IMG/VR virus record: IMGVR_UViG_3300042431_000223
Location: 1 to 64,000 of that record
DNA length: 64,000 bases
Reading direction: 5' to 3' (one strand)
DNA from: a virus
Lineage: Duplodnaviria; Caudoviricetes
Below, one piece after another: positions 8,641 through 17,019 of this stretch. Every line of letters starts with the position of its first letter. Within the stretch, counting starts at the first letter, position 1. The notes under the pieces are model-generated. The model worked only from the letters and a program-made list of their open reading frames with translations, did not search any database and was not told the DNA's origin. The position numbers and the translations under genes are program-made.

Positions 8641-11600
8641 TTATAATCCAAGAGAAAGTTGACAACTTACTTCGGTAAAGTTTAATGGACCCATGTTACC
8701 TTTATCATTTCCTTTATCAAGTCCGTTATCTACCTCAGGTGCTTTATTATCAGGAGGAGTAAGAGTAGGACCACTTGGAGGATCTGGAGTAACAGGAGGT
8801 TCATTGTTAAACATTTCATCTGCTAAAGAATTTGAATCCATCTTGGGAGTCCATCTAGAATATCCTGGAAGAACTTCTTCTTGATATCCTTTAAGTTTTA
8901 AATACTTCGCTATTAGCTCGTCAGAAAGATTACCTTTAGCATACTGATTGCCTACACGGAAAGATGCCCCTGCTTGCACAGCAAGTTCCAATAAAGGTTT
9001 GTACTTGTTAGTTAAAGTCTCTTTGATTTGAGCTTCAGTAACTCCTCTAAATAAACCGCTACCAGAAACCATCACAACATCACTAGCGCTGTACTTACCT
9101 GTATTAGCTTTGTTTCCCCACGCCTCTCTGTATTTATTGGTTGAACTTACTGTTGCCTGACCAGATTGGAATCCAATAAACTGTGTAGATTCAGCAGCCA
9201 TCTGTATATCTTTTGCTGCATTACCTGCCATATCAGTAGGCTTAACTCCTGCTAGTATTAATGGATTTGTCTGTTGAGGTTTTGTTGAAGTTGCACCTAA
9301 AGGATTTGTTGGCATTTCTTGAGTCAAAGGCATTACTCTTCTCATTGTAATAGTTACTCTGTATGAACCAGCTTCATAGTTCTTTCCGTCAATTTGTGTT
9401 GTAAGAGCAGGTAAAAAACTATCTTGGGGTTTAGGAAATGTTCTATGAAAAACTCCTCTATTTACTCCATTAACTCCAAATACATAAGCTGTACCTGCTT
9501 GTAAATTTAGTTGTTTAGGATCACCGTCTCTTGACTCAATTGAAAAGTTACCAGTACCTCCAAGATTAACTCCAATAACAGGATAACCTAAAGCAGAACT
9601 ACTTTCATCTACATCATTGTGAGAACTAATAAAAGTATCTGCTTCATATAAATTAATAATAGCTCCATCATAATAAGTCATATCTACTCCTGATGCTTTT
9701 TGCATCAACTCTTTAAATCTAGGAGTAATAGGAGCTAGGGCTTGTCCGTTTATTGACTCGGTATAATAACCATATTTAGTTTTATTTGCAGGACTAATAA
9801 CGTCTGGGATATTCATAGCTTGTCGACCAGTATTGTTAGACTTATAATCCCATCTTAAGCCTAGTCCAATCATTTTACTTGCAGATGCACCTTTATTAGT
9901 TTTAGCTGCTTGGCTTTCTAAATAAGGTTTTAAATAGTCAAATAATTCTAACTGTTCTTCTTTAGTAAGCGCACCTTGGTTTACATAGATGCCTTCTTTT
10001 ACTTCAGTTCCTTTTGGCGTAACACTAGTAGATGGTTGAGTAGAAACAACAGGTTTAACCTCTGTTGGTTTTTCTCCAGTTACTGCTTCACGTACTTTAT
10101 TTTCTAAAATCTGAACTTTACCTACTAGCTCTGGGTTTAAGATTCCCATCATATCAATACTTATTGGAGAGTAAGCAGATAGGAAAGATGGTAATGGTAA
10201 AAGCAAACTATCAGAACTGTTGACTTTTATAGACGTATTAAATCCAACTAAACTTAAGTACCTTCCAAATGTTTCTGGATTATTCTTTTTCATATCCATC
10301 AACTTGTTGTAAGCATCTGTAGTTAAATCTATGTAAGCTTCAAAAGGAACCACAGTAGAAACTTTACCTTGGTTAAAGTGTGCTCCGTTCTGCATAAACG
10401 AACCGAGAGCTAAGTCTTTAAAAAAGTTTCTTACTTTCTCATCAGCATGATTCATTCCTTCTAGAAACGCTTCTCTGTACTCTTTAGTGTACTCAGAAAT
10501 TTCAATATTCCTTATACCAAATACAACCTCACGAGACAAAGGATTAAGAGATTCTTCATCTATATAAAGATTACTAAATAAAAAGTTTGTTCTTAAGTCA
10601 GGGTTAGTTGCTAGTTCTTGATAACGGTCTAACATATTTCCTGATATTCCTTTTATGAACTGTCCTTTCTCACCTCTATAGTATTCTAAGTACGATGTTC
10701 CATCAGGGCGATTTCCAAACATTGCAACGTAAGTATATAAGATGTTATTCTTATACGTATCAATTGCTTTTCTCTTCTCTTCATCTTCAGTAATGTCTGC
10801 ATACTCTAACATTTTACCTAAACGTTCATGAACCTCTGGTGAATCTGTAAGAGGGAATATCTGAGTCATTACATCTAACGTAAAAGAACCTACGTTAAAT
10901 TGCGCTAATGCACTGTCCTTAAAGATAAACTCAATTGCTTCAGGATTAAATGCATCCTTTAGTCCTTCTTTCTTTTGCACTAGTTCTGTACTTTGAAAAG
11001 TAGTTCTGTAGTTTGCCGTGTTAAAGTCAGCTACACTAGTCAACTCACGTAAGCTTTCTTGCTGTGCAATAACTACTCCAAACTGTAACAAATAAGCTAT
11101 GTTGCGATAAGCTATGTCCTCAGAAGTAGCTAGTTGTTTGGTAGGGTCAAAGTTAGTTAAGTGTTCTTGGATTTTTGGATTTTGTATCAACAACTCTATA
11201 AACTGTTGTACAGACTCTTTCCCTTTTACTTTATTCTCTTTCTGTCCCTGTTGTAAATTTACTATTGCACTTTTTAATTCTATGTCTTTAATAGGATCTA
11301 TAGAAGCCAACAATAATTTTTTGATAGAAGAATACTTACTAGTGAATCTTTTGTTAATCTTGCTGTCAATCTTAGATCTATTTCCCATCTCAAGAACTAA
11401 CTGTACAGGACTAGATTTGATAAAGGCAATTACATCTTTTATAGGCGTTCCTGCAAGAATCATAGCATGAGCTAAAGGACTTGTCTCTTGGTTCATCCCT
11501 AAAAGAATAATCCAGTCTTCTTTAGCAATATCTACGTGGCCGTTAATAAATTCACTTAGTACCTTAGATATACGATTACCATCTTGTCCTTTCTTACCTC

Positions 11601-14600
11601 CTAAAGAAATATTACCGTCAGCATCTCTATTAGCTTTTAGGAAGTACATATTAAGTAGAGGGGATTTGTACTTAAGATTAGCTAACTGAAATTCTTTCTG
11701 CATAGTGTTAATCTTAGCATCGATACCTAAAGCATCTTTAGACAAGATATTCTCTGCATAAATCCTCCAAGAGGTCATAGGATTAAATACATTGGTAGTA
11801 GAGATAGTAACTCCGTTTCCTGCGTACTCGGTTAGAACGTTATTGTTGTTAGGAGCAACTAAGTAATCATACAACTGACCTATAGACAAAATCTCTTTTA
11901 AGGTAGATACTAAGTTATTAGTTATTCCTTTTTTGTAGTTTTCAATCTCGTTAATCTTTTGATTAATCTCTGCAAGATCACTTCGCACTTGTGAAATAAT
12001 TCCTAGAGACTTAAAATCTACAGATTGATTAGTTGCTTTTAAATCAGCAATTGCTCGCGATCTTGTTTCTACTTTTTCAGATAGTTTGTCTAAACCTGCA
12101 GCTTTATCTTCTGGAGTAATTTCGGACCTATCTAACAACTCATTAAGAGCCTTAACACTTTTATCAACTTCTTTATTAAGTTTTTTAAGTTCTTCCTTTA
12201 AATCTTTTCTACGAGCATAGGCTGGATTAGTTTCCAACTCTTCTCTCAGTAATCTACTTATAGAAACTAAACGTTGCTTTTCTCGTTTTAAGTCGCGTTG
12301 CTCTTCTAACTTACTTTTGTAGACTTCAAGATTAAACTCTTTACTTACTATCTTACCATTCTCATCATAAGCTGTTTCGAAGAAAGTTAACTTATCAATG
12401 TCATAGTCACCTCCAGACTTAACTACAATCTGCGCAGGAAGAATCATAACGGCCCCTGAAGACTCAGGTAAGAACTCTTTTATGATTACATGCTCCATAG
12501 ACTGAAAGCCTTGTACAGGAATACGTACTCCTGCCATAGTAATTAAGTCTTTATGTTTTTCTCTCCATAGTGCAGCTAAAGGACTATTAGATTTTAGAAT
12601 TTCGTTGAGTGTTTGTAGATTTCCAACAGGTTTATCTTTATAAGTTAGCTTAAGTAACCCTGCATGTTTTTCTGGATTAAATCCAATCTTTACCTCCATA
12701 GGTAAAGTCTTACCTGTAGCAGGATCAAATCGGTAGAACTGTAGTTCATTAGCACCGTACTCAGCAAGTTGTTCTGCTGTAGGTTTAGCAAATCTTCTTC
12801 GCTCAAACCCTACTCCTGCAACTTGGATATAACTTTCTCCATGAACCTTTTGATTAATAACTTTGTTATTGATGAAGTTCAGTAGAGTAGATTCAATTTG
12901 ACTTCTGTCTTTAATAGCGTCTAAAGGATATTTAAGATTTCCACTCTCATCTATTTGAATAAATTTACGTAAGGATTCTGGAACCTCATTCTTTTCAAAC
13001 TCCTTAGTAATATAACTAGCGAGTTGTAATTGATTTAAATTTGTTATGTTACCTTGAGCATCTCTAGTTATTCCTAACTTTCTTTCTAGTTTAACTTGTT
13101 CAAAAGCAACCATATCTTTAACGGTCTTTTTGAATGTGTCGTATAAATTAGATACTTGTGCTTGAGTTTCTTCACTAAAGTCCTCAGACAGTTGACCAAA
13201 CTCATAGAAATCTCCAAACACAAGTTTCATCATCTGTGTAGATAGAGTACTTGTTTCTTTAAATTTAGGAGCTTGATATTGTTGCTGCCTTAAGTTCTGT
13301 AGATGTATTGAAGTTACATTAGCATTTGACAATGCATCGTTAACTACTTTTATCTTACCATCAGGACTATCTACCTCTTTGTAGAAATCAAGCATTTCTC
13401 CAAAGTCTGCCATCTTAGAACCAGACTTAAAGGTATAGTAGTCTATTTGGTTTTTGTACATTAACTCTAGTTGTTTCTCTAATTGCTTTCCAAGTACAGC
13501 ACTGGGAACTATTGGAATTAACGAGTACTTATGTAATGCAATAAGTTTAGGATCTTCTACAATAGACCCATAATGCCCTAATTTTAATGGAGGAAAAGGA
13601 ACTATTCCCTGTTTGTTTATTAGACTGTTTCTTTCTTCTATTAACTCTTCAGCATTAGTTGGATTAGTTTTTAACTCAGAACCAATCTGAGCTATTCTAA
13701 CTTGATCGTTGTACGCAGCTTCTTGTTCGTCACTCCAGCCTTCAGTAGAGATTAAATAGTTTCTATAAAAGTCAAGAGTAATTAAACCTTGAGCATTGCC
13801 TTCTTCGTCACTTTTCTTTACATATGCGCTGTATTCAAACTTATCACTTTTTGCTAGTGAGTCCCATAAACCACTATCGTAGACTTCCTTGTAAGTAGCA
13901 AATTCTTCGTCAGTAAAAGTAAGTACGTCATTATAAACTACAGTTCTTACAACGGGGCTAAATTTGTGTTCTACTCCCGTCATTGCAATACTAATTGCAT
14001 CTTGGTTTATGTCTTCTTCAAAAAATTCCTCTAAAGCACTATCCCAGAAAGGAGGAATACCAGGAGAAGAAGTAAAAGGAATACGTTTAAATACCTCGCG
14101 TGCATCCTTTGCTAGTTTGTTAAAGTTACCCATGTTACCAACAAACATTTTCATAAACTCAACGTTGTGTATGAAACCGTTCTTAAGGTAAGTTTCTGCT
14201 AAATATTCAATGTTTTCTTTAGTTACTTTTGGCTTAACTCCTTTAGGCAAAAGCTGGGTATTAATAAACTTAAGTTTGTTTAAACTTGTTACAGCCTCAG
14301 ATAATCTTTCTGCTTGTGAAGCTATCTGGCCTTTAGAGTTTACAGGAAAAGATAAAGTCTTAACTAATTCTTTTGCTAGTTTCTTAGCCTCCTGACTAAA
14401 ATATGCATCTAATCTATCTGGTAAAATTTGAACAGCTTGGTCATATAGTCTTTGTATATCTTCTTTAGTCTGTGCGTCTTTTACAGCATTAGCTATTTCA
14501 GGAATTATAGAAGAAAAAATAAATAAGTTCTTACCTTGTTTATGGTACGTAGTATTCGCTCCTTGAGGATTCTCCATTAAATCTAGAACTCTACTAAACT

Positions 14601-17019
14601 CACCAGCTAGGTAGTTAGTCATAGTTTCTAGAAAAACTTTTCTAGCAGCTAAGTCTGCTTCGTCTCCTCCTATGCCTTCTAACTTACTGGGTACAATAGG
14701 TACGTATATCTTTTCTCCTAATACAGGATTACTAAAAGACATACTAAAAGAACTAGACTTATCACCAAAACGAATGTTTTCCATTTCGGTAGATTGAAAA
14801 AATCCTAAAAAGTCTTGAAGTACTTTATCTCCTGGATGTAAGTCTGTAGTAGTTTGTCCTACTTTACTTTCAAACTTTTTAATCTCTAATCCGTTATAAT
14901 CCCTTACTTCAATATCTACAGGCAAACCAAACTTCTTCCTCTTAGTGTACGAATTTAATGGGTTCGCTTCAATCTCTGCAAGTGTAGTAGGCAATCCAAA
15001 CAATCTATTTAACCAAAGAGAACCTATAACGTCAGGATTTCTTCTATAATCAAATCTTTCAAATCCTGGAGTATTAATTAACTCTTCGTAGTTTTTAGCC
15101 TCATTAATAGCTTTAGTAGTTTGAGTTAAGTAAAACCAAGGACCTCTTGTAAACTTCTTTTTGTCATCTGCTGTTAAGTACGAACTTGGTCTAAGTTCAA
15201 TATCAAAAGTACTTATGTATTCAATTAGTCGTTTAGCTTCTGTTTCTTTTTTAGCTAAGAATCCTTTAAAAGTATTTGCATCTCGGATTCCTTTTCCAGC
15301 AAGCTTATTCTGTGTAACAAAACTGTTTATAACTTCTTGTACGTCTTCAGAAAAGTTTTGCCCATCAGGAAATACTTGATTGTCTGAGTTAGCTATGTAC
15401 GTAAGAGGGCCTTTAATTACTATAGTAGGTTTTCCGTTTTTAGCTAATGCATTATTTATTTGATTAGTTAAAGTAAGTTTAAAGAAAACATTAGAGTAAG
15501 GCTTAAAGTTTTCTACAAACACCTCAATTGTCTTATCGATGTTTGATGGTAAAAAGTAATCTTTGTTTGAAAGTCCTGCACCAAGAGCATTAAGAAACTC
15601 AGAAAATTTATTAATGTAAAAGTCTTTCTTGTTTCCTGTAAACAATGCTTGTATTTTTTTTGCACTTTCTGCAGGAGTGTTTCTGCTAGACAAAGCATCA
15701 ATAACTGTACTATTACTTCCTCCGAACAAAGGAGTAAAATCAGAAACAAATTTAGCTAGGTTAAACTCAACTCCATTTTCTCCTTGGATTGCGTAATCTT
15801 GATTAAATGCAAAGTATTGTTTATCTAGCTGATTAAATAAATTTTTAATATTTCTATATCCTTTGATTTGTTGTGTTACTATTCCTAGGTTTTTTTCATT
15901 GTTAATGTTTACTGAGACGGCAATTGTTTCGGGATTACTAAAAATTCTCTTTAGTCCCATTGCAAACATAATTTGCTTAATAGTTTTCAAACTTCCTTTT
16001 ACTCTAGGATCAGGAAGACGTTTTATCAATAAGTTAAATTGAGGATGAGTTATTGCTAAGTCCTTAATTGCATCATACTGTTTTGTATAATCGGTAATTC
16101 CCGATAAAGCCGTACTAATTAAGTTCCAGTTTCTTTGGAAGTCTCCCGACTTAGGTAAGCCAAGTAATCCTCCTTTGATTAAAACTCTTTCATCGCTGTT
16201 ATAGGGTCTATTTGCATCAAAGTTAAACTCACCTGTAGCAGCTCTTCTGTATGAAGGTAAAGAAGTAACTAAACCTAAGATACGTTTACTTGATCTTTGT
16301 TTTTGTCCTTTGTTAGTCCAATCTTCTCCTTCTCCAATATCTGCGGCTCCTTCATCTACACCTACAACAGTATCTTGACTTAAGTACCATTCTTTAAATA
16401 ACTCAAAGTTATCTGCTATTTCAGTAAGAGCTTTAATTTGTTTTACTTGACTAGGTAAAACATTCTTAGGATCTAGTTGACTAACTAATGTATTTTTTTG
16501 GTCTAAAATAGCTTTTTGTGCTTCTGCCCAACTGTTAGTACTTCCCAACAAGTATTCAAAGGTTTCAAAAATCTCTTGTGACTCAGCTTCAGTAAAATGG
16601 ACTTCAACAGGAATACCCCCAATATTTGCATTATAAAAGTTGATTGCTCTGTTTGTAGGAATATTTACACTTTGAATTTTTTGAGATAAGATATCATCTT
16701 GGATACGTTGACGTTGCTCTATATAATCTAGTACTTGATTTAAGTTATAATTACCTGAATCGTTCTTATGGTACTTAGAAGTAAAGTCAGCAAAGAAAGT
16801 ATCAGCTATTATCTTTAGAGCCTCTATCCTATTTCCTTTAGTTATAGGATGAGCCATTAGCTCTTGGTATAATGGATTGTCGATTACTTCGTCTCCAACT
16901 TTAATCTTATCTAAAGGTTGTTCATTGTTTTTATTCCAAACAAATATTATTGAAGATGGCTTCAAGAAACCTTCGTATTCCTTTTCGTAAGGCGTACCTT
17001 TTATACTACAAGCGTTCAT
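8641..17019 (-). CDS. Virion-packaged DNA-dependent RNA polymerase (crAss-like, phi14:2 gp66-type) with C-terminal AlkB-like dioxygenase and an additional alpha/beta domain
   Basis: Catalytic KSGGDYDIDKL motif (DxDxD, 12394-12408) preceded by RIPVQGFQSM; 2792 aa; central of three giant genes. AlkB motifs HND (9613-9621), H (9445-9447) and RVTITMR. Confidence 0.92.
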   Translation of the reverse strand: MNACSIKGTPYEKEYEGFLKPSSIIFVWNKNNEQPLDKIKVGDEVIDNPLYQELMAHPITKGNRIEALKIIADTFFADFTSKYHKNDSGNYNLNQVLDYIEQRQRIQDDILSQKIQSVNIPTNRAINFYNANIGGIPVEVHFTEAESQEIFETFEYLLGSTNSWAEAQKAILDQKNTLVSQLDPKNVLPSQVKQIKALTEIADNFELFKEWYLSQDTVVGVDEGAADIGEGEDWTNKGQKQRSSKRILGLVTSLPSYRRAATGEFNFDANRPYNSDERVLIKGGLLGLPKSGDFQRNWNLISTALSGITDYTKQYDAIKDLAITHPQFNLLIKRLPDPRVKGSLKTIKQIMFAMGLKRIFSNPETIAVSVNINNEKNLGIVTQQIKGYRNIKNLFNQLDKQYFAFNQDYAIQGENGVEFNLAKFVSDFTPLFGGSNSTVIDALSSRNTPAESAKKIQALFTGNKKDFYINKFSEFLNALGAGLSNKDYFLPSNIDKTIEVFVENFKPYSNVFFKLTLTNQINNALAKNGKPTIVIKGPLTYIANSDNQVFPDGQNFSEDVQEVINSFVTQNKLAGKGIRDANTFKGFLAKKETEAKRLIEYISTFDIELRPSSYLTADDKKKFTRGPWFYLTQTTKAINEAKNYEELINTPGFERFDYRRNPDVIGSLWLNRLFGLPTTLAEIEANPLNSYTKRKKFGLPVDIEVRDYNGLEIKKFESKVGQTTTDLHPGDKVLQDFLGFFQSTEMENIRFGDKSSSFSMSFSNPVLGEKIYVPIVPSKLEGIGGDEADLAARKVFLETMTNYLAGEFSRVLDLMENPQGANTTYHKQGKNLFIFSSIIPEIANAVKDAQTKEDIQRLYDQAVQILPDRLDAYFSQEAKKLAKELVKTLSFPVNSKGQIASQAERLSEAVTSLNKLKFINTQLLPKGVKPKVTKENIEYLAETYLKNGFIHNVEFMKMFVGNMGNFNKLAKDAREVFKRIPFTSSPGIPPFWDSALEEFFEEDINQDAISIAMTGVEHKFSPVVRTVVYNDVLTFTDEEFATYKEVYDSGLWDSLAKSDKFEYSAYVKKSDEEGNAQGLITLDFYRNYLISTEGWSDEQEAAYNDQVRIAQIGSELKTNPTNAEELIEERNSLINKQGIVPFPPLKLGHYGSIVEDPKLIALHKYSLIPIVPSAVLGKQLEKQLELMYKNQIDYYTFKSGSKMADFGEMLDFYKEVDSPDGKIKVVNDALSNANVTSIHLQNLRQQQYQAPKFKETSTLSTQMMKLVFGDFYEFGQLSEDFSEETQAQVSNLYDTFKKTVKDMVAFEQVKLERKLGITRDAQGNITNLNQLQLASYITKEFEKNEVPESLRKFIQIDESGNLKYPLDAIKDRSQIESTLLNFINNKVINQKVHGESYIQVAGVGFERRRFAKPTAEQLAEYGANELQFYRFDPATGKTLPMEVKIGFNPEKHAGLLKLTYKDKPVGNLQTLNEILKSNSPLAALWREKHKDLITMAGVRIPVQGFQSMEHVIIKEFLPESSGAVMILPAQIVVKSGGDYDIDKLTFFETAYDENGKIVSKEFNLEVYKSKLEEQRDLKREKQRLVSISRLLREELETNPAYARRKDLKEELKKLNKEVDKSVKALNELLDRSEITPEDKAAGLDKLSEKVETRSRAIADLKATNQSVDFKSLGIISQVRSDLAEINQKINEIENYKKGITNNLVSTLKEILSIGQLYDYLVAPNNNNVLTEYAGNGVTISTTNVFNPMTSWRIYAENILSKDALGIDAKINTMQKEFQLANLKYKSPLLNMYFLKANRDADGNISLGGKKGQDGNRISKVLSEFINGHVDIAKEDWIILLGMNQETSPLAHAMILAGTPIKDVIAFIKSSPVQLVLEMGNRSKIDSKINKRFTSKYSSIKKLLLASIDPIKDIELKSAIVNLQQGQKENKVKGKESVQQFIELLIQNPKIQEHLTNFDPTKQLATSEDIAYRNIAYLLQFGVVIAQQESLRELTSVADFNTANYRTTFQSTELVQKKEGLKDAFNPEAIEFIFKDSALAQFNVGSFTLDVMTQIFPLTDSPEVHERLGKMLEYADITEDEEKRKAIDTYKNNILYTYVAMFGNRPDGTSYLEYYRGEKGQFIKGISGNMLDRYQELATNPDLRTNFLFSNLYIDEESLNPLSREVVFGIRNIEISEYTKEYREAFLEGMNHADEKVRNFFKDLALGSFMQNGAHFNQGKVSTVVPFEAYIDLTTDAYNKLMDMKKNNPETFGRYLSLVGFNTSIKVNSSDSLLLPLPSFLSAYSPISIDMMGILNPELVGKVQILENKVREAVTGEKPTEVKPVVSTQPSTSVTPKGTEVKEGIYVNQGALTKEEQLELFDYLKPYLESQAAKTNKGASASKMIGLGLRWDYKSNNTGRQAMNIPDVISPANKTKYGYYTESINGQALAPITPRFKELMQKASGVDMTYYDGAIINLYEADTFISSHNDVDESSSALGYPVIGVNLGGTGNFSIESRDGDPKQLNLQAGTAYVFGVNGVNRGVFHRTFPKPQDSFLPALTTQIDGKNYEAGSYRVTITMRRVMPLTQEMPTNPLGATSTKPQQTNPLILAGVKPTDMAGNAAKDIQMAAESTQFIGFQSGQATVSSTNKYREAWGNKANTGKYSASDVVMVSGSGLFRGVTEAQIKETLTNKYKPLLELAVQAGASFRVGNQYAKGNLSDELIAKYLKLKGYQEEVLPGYSRWTPKMDSNSLADEMFNNEPPVTPDPPSGPTLTPPDNKAPEVDNGLDKGNDKGNMGPLNFTEVSCQLSLGL

